Shown here piece by piece: positions 1-13,809 of a stretch of 64,000 nt of DNA (its first letter is position 1; each line of letters begins with the position of its first letter). This DNA is from the human T2T-CHM13v2.0 reference genome, Homo sapiens. The stretch is from NCBI RefSeq assembly GCF_009914755.1, contig NC_060925.1. One strand, given 5' to 3'. The notes below the pieces were generated by a model. That model did not search any database, was not told the DNA's origin, and worked only from the letters and a program-made list of their open reading frames with translations. The position numbers were made by a program, and so were the translations under genes.

Positions 1-67
1 ATTAACAATAACCAAGCTATGAAATCAATGTAAGTGTCCATCAATGGATGAGTGGATAAAGAAAATG

Positions 68-106
<39 letters not shown>

Positions 107-580
107 GGAATTTCATGTAGCCTTAAAAAAGAAGACGATTTTGTTATTTATAACATGCCTGAATGTGGAGGACATTAGGTTAAGTGAAATAAGCCAGAAA
201 GAAAAATACTGCATGATCTTACTTATATGTGGAATCTAAAAACGTCAAGTACAAAAAAGCAAAAAGTAGAATAGTGGTTGCTGGGATCTGGGGCTGAGAT
301 TATGATGGGCAAATGGGAAGAAATTGAGTGCAGAGTTTTGATTAGGATCAATAAGTCTAGAGAGCAAATGTACAGCATGAAGACTATAGTTACTACTGGG
401 TTGTATACTGGAAATTTGCTAAGAAAGTAGGTTGTAGGTCCTCTTACCATACACACATATACAGGTAACTATGCGAGATGATGGATATTCTAATTAGATT
501 GACTGTAGTAATCATTTCACTATGTATGTGTATGAAAACATGACATACACCTTAAATATATATAATAACATTAAAAAAAC
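1..580 (+). mobile_element. L1 (L1MA-type) 3' UTR, truncated by the window edge
   Basis: L1 3' motifs 'aagtgtccatcaatggatgagtggataaagaaaatg', 'aagtgaaataagccag' and 'cttatatgtggaatctaaaaa', ending in an A-rich tail at ~570-580. Confidence 0.9.
70..104. repeat. (CA)n microsatellite inside the L1 3' UTR
   Basis: Uninterrupted CA run seen directly. Confidence 0.97.
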
Positions 581-1489
581 CCAAAATCTTGAAAAGATTA
601 TTAAGCTTTCCAATGCCCAAGAAAAGGAAGAAAAGAAAAAGAAACTGCCACAGCTTATTTTAAAAATAAAAGTGGGCTCTCTTTTTAAAATATTAATTTT
701 ATAGTACCTTATCTGGTAACCAAAATATTTTTAAATATTCTGATGCTATTATAGTATAATCATTCTTTAATAATTTTGTAGATTTCACTTTACTGAACAA
801 AGCCCTAAACAAAAACATTGAATATGACAAAAACTTGCATAAGTTTATTTCATACTGAAGACATATATGCTATAGATTTGTAGAAATACTTCCCACTTGG
901 TTACTTGCTTATGTTATGAGTTTTTACCTACAGAAACTTGCTTTTTTTCTTGTAAAATTTAGATTAATTTCTTTGGTATGTTTTCCTACTGCTTTAAAAC
1001 TTCAGAATTCCTTTTTTCATAGAACTTTTCTATTTTCACTTAGAAACATTCAGAACTTATGTTAGTGTGTGATTTGAGGTGGTTTTTGTGTTGACTTTGT
1101 TTCCTACCTTGTTAGCTATTTTTTCTATGCCATTGTGGAATAATTTGTTAATTTTCAGTGGATTCATAATGCCTTTAAAAAATAAGGTTGTGTTCTCAGA
1201 GGTGATAAATTTTATTTATTTATGATGCTCCATCTATGTTAAGGCTATTTGTAAGTCTATGTGTATGGTAGGATTTTAGTTCTACACTGCATCTTACACA
1301 GGTTAGTAAAATATAGCACATTTATTAATTATTTAGAGTATAGGATTACGTATTGATAAGTACAAGCTATTGAGCCTTCCCATGTCCTAGGCACTTTGCT
1401 GAATTTTAATCCTTATCACAACACAACTCAATGGGATAGATACTGTTGTCATCTTTTGTAGACATGGGTTTATTATAGCTATTTTAAAA

Positions 1490-1641
1490 TGAGTTAGCAA
1501 ATTCAAATTTCAAAAATTCTATTTTTATTTCTAATATGGTAAATATTGATAAATAAAATTTATATAAACAAATATTTTGATGTACTCAGTAACCCATAAG
1601 GGTATATAAGAGCCCTGAAATGAAAAAGTTTGAGAACTGCT
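1490..1641 (+). mobile_element. hAT-Charlie (Charlie1-type) terminal fragment
   Basis: 'atggtaaatattgataaata...ccctgaaatgaaaaagtttgagaactgc' resembles the recalled Charlie1 end. Confidence 0.65.
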
Positions 1642-1679
1642 TATAAGCCCTATATAATTATTAGGTATTAATATCATTA

Positions 1680-4600
1680 TTAATTTTTGAATCTATATTC
1701 AAATATAGTTATCATAAAATGAACTTCATATATGTAAGTGTATACTTTGATGTGTTTTGACATATGTATATTATAATGAAGCCATCATCATAATTAAGAT
1801 AATAAACATATCCATCACTCTCAGAGTTTCCTAATGCCTCTTTGTTATTCATCTCTCTCTCTCCAGGGTCCCCAAATTGAGGTAACCACTGATCTTCTTT
1901 CCATCAATATAGAGTAGATGGCACTTTCTAGAATTTGATATAAATGGAATCTACACTCTGTTGTGACTATATTTATTCAACTCAGCATAATTTTGGGAAT
2001 TATCTATGTTGCTATGTGTATCATGAGTTTGTTCCCTTTTATTGCTGAGTAGTATTTCATTCTATGGATATACCACAATATATTTATCCATTCACCTATT
2101 GGTGAACATTTCAGTTATTTCCAGTTTTTGGCTATTATAAATCTGCTATGAACATTTACATATAAGTTTTGTGTGGATATATTTTTTATTTCTCTTGGAT
2201 AGATATTGAAGAATGGAATGGTTGAGTATTATAAGTGAATGTGTAGTTATTTAAGAAACTGCTAAAATAGTCTCCAAAGTGGTCATAAAATTTTACATGC
2301 CCTAAATTACCACCAGTAGTGTATGAAAGTTTCAGTTGCTCCGCATTCTTGCTAATATTTGCTATGGTGAATTTTAAACATTTTAGCTATTTTAGTGAAT
2401 GTGTAGTGTGATTTTGTGATGTTAATTTGCATTTCCATGTGTTTATTTGCCATCCATATACCTTCTTTGGTGACATATCTGTTCAAATCTTTTCCCCATT
2501 TAAAAAAATTTTTTTTTCTGTTTTTAAGTTGTAAGAGTTCTTTACATCTAGACACCAGCCCTTTATTGGACATAGATCTGCAAATCTTATCTTTAGCCTA
2601 TGGCTTGCTTTATATTTCATTAATAGTGTCCTTTTAAAAAATTATTATTATTTTTTGTAGATACAGGGTCTAGCTTTGTTGCCAAGGCTGGTTTCAAACT
2701 CCTGGCTTCAAGTGATCCTCCTACCTTGGCCTCTAAAATTGTTGGATTACAGGCATGAATCATCGTACCTAGCCATTAACAGTGTCTTTTGAAGAACAAT
2801 AGTTTTTAATTTTTATTAAGTCTAACATTATAGATATCATAAATTAAAAAGAATAGATACCTATGATTATAAATGGTGTCTTTCGTGCCCTATTTAAAAA
2901 CTGTTTACCAAATCCAAGATCACTGAGGTAGTCTCATTTGTTTTCTTTTAGGATTTTTATAGCTTGAAGTTTTACCTATAAGTCTTTGACAATTTGGGGT
3001 TAATTTTTATATATTGGGTAATGACTGACATTTCTATATATTCTTGACTCTCTATTTGATCTGTTTGTTTATCTTGATGCCAATGCCACACTGTTTTGAT
3101 TACTGTAGATCTATAGTAAGCCTTGAAATAAGATAGTGTAATGTTCTGTCTTTATTCTTTTTGTTTCAAAGCTTTTTGGTTATGCTAGTGCCTTTGAATT
3201 TCCATAACAATTTTAGAATCCACTTGTCAATTTGCACAAAATAGCCTGTTGGAATTTTGATTGTGAGTGCATTGTATATAGTAGAGATAATCTATATCAT
3301 AGATATTATCTTATTTGTCAGAATATGCCAGCAAACATTCTCTTATTAGCCTTTTAATATCTGTAGGATCTGTAGTGATATCCCCTCTCTGATTCTTGAT
3401 GTTGGTAGTTTACATTTTCTCACTTTCCCCCCTAGATCTTTATAAAATTTGTGGATATTCTCAAAGTTCTAGCTTTCAGTTTAATTGATTTTCTACATTA
3501 TTTTTCTGTTTTCTGTTTCATTGGTTTATGTTCTTATTTTTATTTTCTTTCTTCTTCTATTTTGTATTTATTATTTTTTCTTGTTCCTTAAAGTGAAAGT
3601 TAGAGTAACTGATTTGAGACTTCTTTTCTAACAAAAGTATTTAAAATTATACATCTCCCTTTGAAAGTACCACTTTAGTAGTATCCCACACATTTTGGTA
3701 TATCCTGTTTTCCTTTTTATTCCATTCAAAATACTTTCTAATTTTTCATTGATTTGTCCTTTTGATGCATTAGTTATTTAGAAATGTCTTATTACATTTC
3801 CAAATATCAGAAAATTTTGTAAAGATTTTTATGTTACTGATTTCTAATTTAATTCCATTGTGGCCAAATGACATATTTTATATAACTTGAATCTTTTTAA
3901 ATTTATGGTGACTTTTCTTATGGATTAGAACAGATTTATCTTGGTAAATGTTCTTGGTGCACTTGGAAAGAAATTGCATTTTGCTGTTGTTGGGTAAAGT
4001 GTTCTATAAATGTTAATTAGGTAAAGTTGTTTGAAAAGTTGTCCATTTCCATATTCTAGTAACTTTTTGTCTATTCATTCTATCACTTATTGAAAGAGAT
4101 GTTGAAATATATGAAATATATGTAGATTTATCTATTTCTCCTTTTACTACTCTGAGTTTTTGCTTCACATATTTAGAATCTTTATTACTAGCTGCCTAAA
4201 TATTTAGGATTTCTATGTCCCCCTGATAATTTTAGTACTTTTTCCTTATGAAATGACCCCTTTTATCTTTTATCATATTTCTTACTTAAAAATCTACCTT
4301 GTCTGATATTGAAATAGCCACTTCTATTTTCTTTAATTTGTGCAATTATATATATATATTTAAATCCTCTTATTTTAATCTATCTGTGTCTTTATATTTT
4401 AATTTATTTCTTCTAGTAAGTTGTCTTTGTTTTCTTTGTTTTGTGTTTGTTTGACTTCCAATCTGACAATCTCTGCCTTTTCCTTGATATGTTTGTTATT
4501 TACATTTAATAATTATTAACATAATTGATATTTGTTTTTACTTGTCTTATCTGTTTGCTTTTCCACTCTTTCATACCTTTTCTGCCTTATTTTAGATTAG

Positions 4601-6650
4601 TTGCATATTTTTTAGATTCTATCTTTTGTTGTCTTATTAGTTATACCTTTTTGTTTTGTATTTTTAATGGCTGCTTTATGGTTTGTCATGTATATCTTTA
4701 ACCTAGTACAGGCTGCCTTTAAGATATAGTATACATTTCATATAAACTACAAGAACTTTACAAGGGTATGCCCATTTTTCCCTTCCTCACCTTATTATTA
4801 CTATTGTCATACAGTGTACTTCTGCATATGTTATAGGTCCAATGATACATTTAAAAGTGATACTTAAATAGCCAATTTTAAAAAAGAGATAAGTCTTTTA
4901 TGTTTAAACCCACATCTTGTATTTCTTGTGCTCTTTGTTCCTTTCTACATTCAAGTTTCTAGTCGCTATCCTTTTATTTCTTCCTGAATGGCTTTTTTCC
5001 CCACATTTCTTGTAGTGTAATTTTCAAGCAATGAATTCTTTTAGATTTTGTGTGACTAAGAAGGTCTTTATTTCATGTTTGTTTTTGAAAGATATCTTTT
5101 CTGGGTATAGAATATTAAGTTGATTGTTCTCTTGCCTTCCCTTCCTACCCTACCACTAGGTTTTTAAAAGATGTCACCTCACTGTCTTCTGGTTTGCATG
5201 GCTTCTGACAAGAAATCTGCAATTTTTATCTTTTTTACTCTGTATGTAATATGTCTTTTTTTGATGGCTTTTTTTAAAGATTTTTAGTTTGTTATACATT
5301 TTAAACCATTTGATATGATATGTGTTGCTGTAATTTTCATTTCTTTTCTGCTTGACATTTTCTGAACTCTTTGGGTCTGTGTATTTATAATTTTAATCAA
5401 ATTTGGAAATGTTTTAGTGATCATTTCTTAAAATATTTTGTTCTTTATTTATTTATCCTTCTCTAGAACTCTAATTATATATCTCTTAGGTCACTCCATG
5501 TTGTCCTACCACTAACTAATAACTAGTTATTTGCTCATTTTCTTCTGCAGTGTTTAATCTGTTTTCAATTTCATTATTTTTTTTAATATCAGGCATTATA
5601 TTTTTCATCTTAGAACTTCAATTTGGGTCTTTATAATATTTTCAATAACTATCTTTTCATAACCATCTTCTGAAATCTTTATAAATATCTTCAGTAAGTA
5701 TCCCTATTATATTCCTGCTTTCTCCTGCCATTTTAAACATATAAAGTCTAGATATAATATCTATTTCATATTTGTATATAGTGATTTTATTATCTGTGCC
5801 CTTTCTTGATCTGTTTCTATTAATTGATTTTATTCCTTATTATGGATTTTATTTTCCCATTTCTCTGCATGCCTGGTAATGTTTTCATGGGACGCTAGAC
5901 ATGTGAATTTTACATTATTGGATCCTGGATTTCATTTTTAAAATATTCCTTCAAATATTTTTGACATTTGGACTGGTATACACATAAGTTACTTGAAAAT
6001 AGTTTGATCCCTTTATGGCTTGCTTTGAACTTTGTTACATGACAGATGTCAGTCTATGGCTAACTTGGGCCCAATTCTGAGTCAATACTCTTCTGAGAAC
6101 TCTATCTAATACCTCATATGTTATGAGGCCTTTCCACCATGGCTAGTGGGACTACTGACTATTTTGAGACTGCATGAGCCCTGGAGATTGTTCTGCCTGC
6201 TTTTTCTACTTGTTCTTTCCCTGGCCTTGATACTTTTTTCATATGTTTTTACTGATCAGTCCTTAGCTAAATGCTCAAAGGGAACTTGCATATCTCCAGG
6301 ACTCTCTCTCCCTGGGCACTCTTCTTTCTTTAGTACTCTTCTCTGTGAACTCTAGCTACCAAGGACTCTTTGAACTTTGAAACCTGTCTTCTCAACTCAA
6401 ATGAAATTACCAGTCACCAGGTTCCATTTAGCTCTCTCTTCCTGGATTACACCCTGTACACTCTTTATGGGCAGTAATCTGAAGCACTCATAGGCCTCAC
6501 TTAGTTTGTTTCCCATGTTTCAGGGCTCACTGTCCTATACTGCCTGTTGTCTGAAAACTGCTGTTTTACATATTTTCCAAGTTATTTCATTAAGTAAAAA
6601 GGATCATTCTAGTCTCTGTTACTTTCTCATGCCAGAAGTGGAAGCGAGCA
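1680..6650 (-). mobile_element. Ancient L1M element (3' UTR, internally deleted ORF2, ORF1 and 5' region), degenerate
   Basis: Continuous T-rich antisense L1 motifs, e.g. 'ttattgctgagtagtatttcattctatggatataccaca', 'tttctaatttaattccattgtgg', 'aaagatatcttttctgggtatagaat'. No long ORF remains. Confidence 0.88.
2645..2774 (-). mobile_element. FLAM / Alu left monomer inserted in the L1
   Basis: Single Alu monomer flanked by near-identical repeats attaatagtgtccttt (2619-2634) and attaacagtgtctttt (2775-2790). Confidence 0.88.
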
Positions 6651-6934
6651 ATATAATTTTCATTATTACTCTATTAGTATGCTACTTATAATACTATATT
6701 TGCTCATAATTTGTTCCTTCATTTACATATTTACAGACCATTATTGAGATGCTACTCTGTTCTAGATTCTGTATTAATTACTGCAAACAATTCAGGGGTC
6801 ACTTTATCTGCCCCCAATGGAGTGGCAGTGTAGTGACAAGGAACATTTACATACAAATAATAACAAAACTAAGCTCTGGTAAATTTTTTAATAGTCACCA
6901 ATTCTTATTAGAATATGCATATTACTTTGCAATG

Positions 6935-7320
6935 TAACCTTGGCACTCCACTTCACTTCTCATCCTTAAATCTGGACTAGGCTTCTGAAGTGGAAATGGT
7001 ATCATGTGAGTTTTGCAGCCCGAGCCTCAGGAGACCTTGAAGCTTCCACTTTCACCCTCTTGTAATGCTATACTGAGATCTCCATGTAAGGACATCAGGG
7101 TGACTTAATGGAGGATATAAGGTCACCTAGAAGAGAATCAAGGCCCCCTAGTCAGTAGCCATCGGCAACTTCTAGACCAGCAGACCCTCCAGTTGAGTGC
7201 AACTTCAGAAGTGAGCCCGGAGAAGATCAGCAGAAGGGCGTCACAGCCAATCTACAGGATCACAAAAAATAATAAATTATCTTTCTTAAGCCACTGAGTT
7301 TTGGAGTCTAACTGAAAAAA
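6935..7320 (+). mobile_element. MLT1-family (ERVL-MaLR) LTR
   Basis: 'gcctcaggagaccttgaagcttccacttt' and 3' end 'aataaattatctttcttaagccactgagttttgga'. Confidence 0.75.
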
Positions 7321-7435
7321 AGCATTGCTATGTCCTCCCAGGAAATGTCTACAATAGCTCCACCCACAGGAATAGCTGCCATCTGTGATATTTGAGGCAT
7401 TTGTTTTTCAGGCCATTCATTTAATGCTCAATGCA

Positions 7436-7475
<40 letters not shown>

Positions 7476-7476
7476 T
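7436..7476. repeat. (TTA)n microsatellite
   Basis: Seen directly. Confidence 0.95.
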
Positions 7477-7779
7477 TTTGCCATGGGCCACATAATCTAT
7501 CAGATTTGTCTCCTTGACTAAGTCAGGAGCTTTTTAAGGCCTTTTTCATAATTGCATTCCCCATGCTTTGGCAGGAGTGGTAGTTAAAAAAAAAATTGAT
7601 GACAATGATAAAAATTTTTTAAAAATTATATTTCAACCAACTCATGAACTATCCTGGGCAGTTTGGCACAATAGATCCTATAAACACTTATGGGGATCCT
7701 ATGAAGGGTTATGCACTGCGCTTTCAGAAACATTAGTATTGTTGTTGTTAGTATAATCATCATAATTATTATTATTTAA

Positions 7780-7925
7780 ATGATCACTAACTTTATAAGG
7801 AAGTTATCTTTATCTTTATTTTATAGTTACAGTATTTGAGACTCAGAGAAGTGAAATCTTTGTTTGAAATACACACAATTCATAAGTGGCAGAGCTGAGA
7901 TAAAAGCCCAGGATCTTGCCTCTTT
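7780..7925 (-). mobile_element. MIR fragment
   Basis: CORE motif 'ttgagactcagagaagtgaaat...taagtggcagagctgaga'. Confidence 0.7.
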
Positions 7926-8669
7926 GTAATAGCTTCTCAGAAATAGGCAGGCAGGTAAGATGACTGCCACATCATCTCTGCTGGGTAGGCCAGTTGGAAT
8001 GAAGGCACTGTAGGGCCCCTTCCTTCCTGGATCTTGGAGGAACGTGTGTTACAGGAAATAAGAGTTAACAAAAGGGCACCTGAGGAGTGGGGTGTAAGGC
8101 CACACACTGCATTCAGACAACAGCCCTCCTCAGTCATCACAGCCTGCTTTCCTGGGGAGGAGCAGTGTTGGACTGACGTTACCCTTATTTATGACCGTTT
8201 GACTTCTTTTCTTACTGAGCCCCGTGGCCTAGTCTCAGGCAGCAGCAACACAAGGTCATCCAGTGGCATGCTTTCCAGCCAATACAGGGAGATCATTTGG
8301 GGTAAAGAGGATCACTGGCTGGAAAAAGTGGGCTATTTTGACGCAATGCTTTGGGTGTTCTTGATGCAATTGCACTATGAATATGAGGTTCCTGAGACCT
8401 TCTGGGAGAAAGCAATTTGGATACTCCCCATGAGGGAGATGCAATATTAAAATGACGGAAATATATATGAGCTTTTTAAAAAAAAATATGGTTTTCCATT
8501 TAGAAAAGATCCAGGATCTTTTAAGGCACATGTAGAAATAAATATAAAAGAAAAATGGAAAGAAATGGAGGAGAGGGAAGTGGCCATAATTTTCAAAAGC
8601 ATGAAGAATTTAGTTGAGTGGCTGCAGAAAAGTTTATTGATTCAATTAATGATAATAATAATGTTAATT

Positions 8670-8960
8670 ATAACTAATGTATATTGAGAGCTAACTTTGT
8701 ACCAGGTGCTATGTGAAACCTCTGGTTTAATAGTGGTAAAATTTTAAAAAGAACCAGATATGTCTTTGCTCATAAAATTTGCAACCTAATGGAAGGAGAC
8801 ATACTTTAAACAATAAAATACATAATTCCAAGTTATTATACAGCTATGAAGAAAGAATGGGATGCTATGATTAAAAATATAATGGGGAACATGTAAATTG
8901 GATTAGGGGGTCAGGAAAAGCTTCTCTGAGGAAGTAAGATTTGACATGAGCCCTAAAGCC
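8670..8960 (-). mobile_element. L2 3' fragment
   Basis: 'tattgagagctaactttgtaccaggtgct...tcaggaaaagcttctctgaggaagtaagatttga'. Confidence 0.65.
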
Positions 8961-11570
8961 TTGGAGACCAGAAAAAATAGATCCAATGGAAACAGTCTGG
9001 ATTTGTGGTGGACATAAGAAAAAGACATTAAAATGCTAGGAGATAAAGTTCTGGCATGGATTTCAAATGGTTTGGTTAAGAAGCTTCCAGCCCTGCAAGT
9101 AATTGCAAACAGTGAGAAGACTTATCTGAAATCAAGCAGCTAGAAAAGATGACTTCTCCATGTCGCCTGTAGAGATGGGATTCCACAGCCCTGACTGATC
9201 TCCATTCAGGACAAATGGAATGGAAGGACAGGTAACAAACCATTGATTATGAGAGGCTGCCAGGGTCATCCTCTCACCTCCTCAAGGTGGCTTTATACAA
9301 TACTATGTTTTATTCAACTCTAGTGGCAGTATTTATATTTTCTGTAAAACAAGTCTTAATTCCCAAACATTTAAAAATCTGTCCTCCAGGAAACATTTTA
9401 AGAACCACCAAAGAGAACTAGGCAGGCTGCACTGACCAGCCCAATAGACCACAAACCGGGCTGATTCTGCAGTGAGTCAGTAACCTCTAGCGCTCAATGT
9501 TCCCCTTGGAGGAAAGAGAACAGCCATTGCAAACTGTTGTCTGAGAACTTAATAATTAACAGTTTTGCAAAAAGTGTCACTCTGTTTCTGGCAGAGCTCT
9601 GCTCTCTTTGGCACTGGAGTGGAAGATCAGCCGGAGGGCAGGTCAGTGGCAGTCTGGAGTGATTCTCAGTGGGAACTGGCCAAGCATATAATTATATCAT
9701 GAGTCAAGCTCTCTCCAGGGATGTAAAATGACCAGAGGAAAATGAAATAACATTATATCCCACATGAATAGAGGCACTGGTGGAGTAAGCTGACTCCTGA
9801 GAAAGAAAACCAGGCTAAGAGGTTTCCCAGCACTTAAATGTCTTATGACTTGTCCCTGTGTCCCTTCTCTTAAAATTAAGAGATTCTATGGGCACAATTT
9901 ATGCCTTTGCCTTCAACCCAGAGGAACAAGTGACCAGAGACAACAATCCACATGGATAAATAATCTTGATAAACAAAAGGCCATTTAGCTGAAAAACTCC
10001 TTGTGTCATTTAGCTCCAAAAAAGAACTGTTTATTCAAGAAGAAATTAGACTGACAAATGTTGTGGTGGGAGTTAAAAAATATTTTTTCCTCACTAAACC
10101 ACTTCCAAAGGTATATTTTTATGTGTCCAGGAATAGCAGTCTGTTTGTCTTGCTTGTGCTTGTTCCCCCTCTCGTTTCTTTTTGGTCAACATCCAAAGGA
10201 GAATTAGTCCTTTGAACAGTGGCAATGTAGTAGCTGAAGCCAAATTAGTATGAATGGTGCTGGCTGCCCCTCCCAATCCCTACTGCCTCTGCTTCCCAGA
10301 TGATATAATTAGCCAGGGAACTTTTGATCAGTTCATCAAAGAAAAACAGTTATAGGGCAGTCCCATCATGGGTTATGGGCTAAGAAACATCAAAATAGGA
10401 GTGACAAGCTTTTATGATGATTTCCAAAAAGGGTTATTTTAGACAGAAAGTGCAGAAACAGAAAAGTGCTCTGAGAGGGGAAGAATAAATAGAACTTGAT
10501 ATTTACCTCTCGTTAGTCATTAGTAATATTTTTGAAGAAAGCAAGCAGTAAGCTTGTGACAAAGCTCGGGAGATGAGGGACAGTGTCTCAAGGAGAAAGC
10601 ACAGTACAGGGTGGAGTCTGTCAGATACTCTTTGGGAAGTCACTCAAGATAAATATCTAAAGTTCAGTTTCTATTTGTTCAATGTTCAATATGAACATTA
10701 AGGTTATGTACTTGGGGATGAGGAGTAAAGTGTTGAAGCAGAAAGAGGAGGAGTATTTGAAAGAGACTGGGGATTTTGATTTTATATCCACCCCTGGGAA
10801 GTGGCTGTCCATGCAGGGAAATTTTCCTTTCAGAAAGAAGTAAGCGGTGGGTGGATGAAAGGATAAAAATGAACACATCTACACCTTCTCACCCTCAAAA
10901 TAAAAATGAAGGCCACTTGGAATTACTAGTGCTCTCATGTGAATATCTCTGAAGTGATGATAGTACTAAATCAGTCAGTCAGCATTGACTGGCTGCCTGC
11001 TTGATACTTACACAGTTCCTATAAAAAGAAACTGGAGCATGGTAGGGATTCAAAAACAAGGACCTTGAAAGAAAAAGCCTGTGGCTAATAGAGTTGTCAG
11101 TGTGTAGTGTACTACTTCCTAATGAAAGAACTGGAAGAAACTGAGCAAGTCCTCTTGCCTCTGCCTTTGCACCCTCTGCTCCAGTCCACACTGAAAATAT
11201 CCTCAGTGATGTTACAAGTGTTGAGAATGTGAAGTTAAATGATCTAAACGGCTCACTCAGTGGAGAGCCATCTACTTATGTCTTTTTCATCGGCCATAAT
11301 TCCAACTCTTAGAGCTTCAGTTCTATAAATTTTACAAGAATTTTAAGTTTTCAAAGTCATTTACTATCATATTTCTTAAAAGATAATTATTTCTCTTACG
11401 TTTCACTTGTCCAAAATTAGGATGCACCTTGAAATCAACTGATATGTATATTTAACCTGGAAGAAGTGTTTTCATTCCCTCTTGTACAGTTAGGAAGCCG
11501 ATGAAATTAGTTTAACATCAAGGAATAAGGTGAAAGGTAAATAGACCTCTGAGGCAAGGACCTTAAAGTG

Positions 11571-12299
11571 TGTTATGGTCTGAATTGTGTCCCCCTGCTC
11601 TCCAAATTCATATGTTTAAGTTCTAAACCCCAGTACTTGAATATAGGGGCTTTAAGAGGTAAAATGTGGTCATTAGGGTGGGCCCTAATCCAATGTGGCT
11701 AGTGTCATTATAAGAAAATAAAATTAGGAAGGACACAGATATGCACAGAGCAAAAATCTGAAGACACAGGGAGAAGATGGCCATCTACAAGCCAAGGAGA
11801 GAGGCTCCAGGAAGAAACCAAACTTGTGTCAATCGGCTTGGGCTGTTGTAACAAAATACCACAGTCTGGGTGGCTTATCCAACAGGAATTTATTTCTCAC
11901 AATTCTGAAGACTGAGAAGACCAAGATCAAGGGACTAGTGAATTCAGTTCTTCAGTGAGGTCTCTCTTCCTGGCTTGCAGATGACCATTCTCCCTGTGTC
12001 CTCGTGTGATGGAGACAAAGTTCTAGTGTCTCTCCCTCTTCCTATAAGGGCACTAATCCCGACATGAAGGCTCCACCCTTATTACCTCATACAAAACTAA
12101 TAATCTCCCATAGGCCCCAATGCCATCTCATTGGAGATTAGGGCTTCAACATATGAATTTTGGAGAGGGAGCACAATTCAGTCCATGGCATACCTTGATC
12201 TTGGTCTTCTGCCTCCAACACCGTGAGGAAATAAATTTCTGTTGTTTAACCCACCTAGTTTGTGGTATTTTGTTATGGCAGCCCTAGCAAACTAATAGA
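11571..12299 (+). mobile_element. MLT1B-type solo LTR, split by a nested LTR
   Basis: Starts 'tgttatggtctgaattgtgtcccc', breaks at ~11826 and resumes at 12191 'taccttgatcttgg...gccctagcaaactaataga'. Flanks aagtg/aggtg (4/5 TSD). Confidence 0.88.
11827..12190 (-). mobile_element. MLT1A0-type solo LTR nested antisense in MLT1B
   Basis: Complete antisense MaLR LTR: 'ggctgttgtaacaaaataccacagtctgggtggctt...cacaattcagtccatggca'. Confidence 0.87.
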
Positions 12300-12391
12300 A
12301 GGTGTTGGTTGCATACTGGAGCAGAATGAGCCTGACAGGCAGTGGGGCCAGTCGGGAGAGACCCATGGGGCTAAGAGGGGACACAGGAGAC

Positions 12392-12759
12392 TGTCGTAAT
12401 CTGCTCAAGCTGCTATTACAAAATATCTGGGACTGGATAATTTAGAAAGAAGAGAAATTTATTTTCTCATGGTTCTAGGGACCGGGAAGTTCAAGATCAA
12501 GGTGCTGGCAGGTTCAGTGTCTCTGAAGGCTACTCTGTGGTTCCAAGATGATGCCTTGATTCTTCACATGACAGAAAGGAAAAAAGCTGAAAAAGGTACA
12601 TATGAGGCCTTTTTTATAAAAGCCTCCATTCCATTAACTTAGGCTTCACCTTCATGGTTTAATCACCTCCTAAAGACCCTCATCTCTTAATCCTATCATA
12701 TTGGTGACTACATTTCAATACAGAAATTTGGGAGGAGAGTGAACATTCAAACCTTAGTA
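12392..12759 (-). mobile_element. MST-type (MSTC/D-like) MaLR solo LTR
   Basis: 'tgctattacaaaatatctgggactggataattta...aacattcaaaccttagta'. Flanks gagac/gggac. Confidence 0.82.
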
Positions 12760-13809
12760 GGGACAATAGAAAAATAAGTTCAAAATTATTCGAATGTCAA
12801 AGAATGGATTTTTCTCAGATGTCAGATCTGTCTGCAAAGAAGAACATCAGTTCCTTCTCTAACTTCATGGAAGGATGGTGGAATATTGTACCTAGATAAC
12901 TGTCCTTAGTTTTGTCGTTTTGCTTTGTCATAAAACATCAGCCCTTTCAGGATGCCTGCTCTATTTCCGTAACTTTGTTCTGACTGGTCAGTTTTTCCTT
13001 CTCATTTTACCTCATGATGGCTTTTTCTATATAAAGCCAAGAAAATGGGTCAATTCTGTCAAGTCAGTTGGAAAAACAGACCATTTGGATTGGTTGATAA
13101 TATCCGGGTACAATCTTAGACACTGTCCTGAAAAGAGTCTTTTTTCCATGCCCCCTTCCTTTTGGAGCTAAAGTTTTTTTTCTTCTGAATATTACCTTTT
13201 AAGTATTGTCAAAAGATTATTTATAGGATCTCTGAAAAATAGCTTTGGATGCTCTCGGTAGAGGAGATGTGGTAGGGAATCAAATTAGATTGGGTCACAA
13301 GGGAAAGTGTCTGTAAGAATATGAATGGGACCCAGGGGAAATAAAAATTAAAGAGAAACCAGACTCGAGCTGCACTTTCTCTATTTTGCCAAGTTAGACT
13401 TGAATTATGTCATCATATGTAATTTCAAGGAATGGGCAAACTAGTTTGGATAAAACAAAAGTGATCGGATTTGTTTCCCAAAGTGTAAATTGAATCATAG
13501 AGAGAAAATTTTCTTGGATGCAAAATAAACGTCCCTGATATCTTCCCCCCATTATTAATTCTTATGAGCCTTATTAATTTTCATCCTAAATGAGATACAA
13601 AATGCTGGAATTACATAAATATTATCATTTCCAGGTTGTGTGCAATTTTCTCACTCTTTGGTATCAATATTATATTTCATGCAACTAAAGGTAAAATTTT
13701 TCTCCTTACTTATAGTGCAGGATATATCCCATATGGTATGTCTTGTCTTTTCACCTGCAATTCCATTTCTTCTGTATATCCTAAAGGGAAGTCCTGAGTA
13801 CTTCATAGA

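Noticed and set aside
8034-8450. 138-aa ORF in unique sequence
   Set aside because: It starts at TTG, has no recognisable domain or homologue, and its length is compatible with chance.
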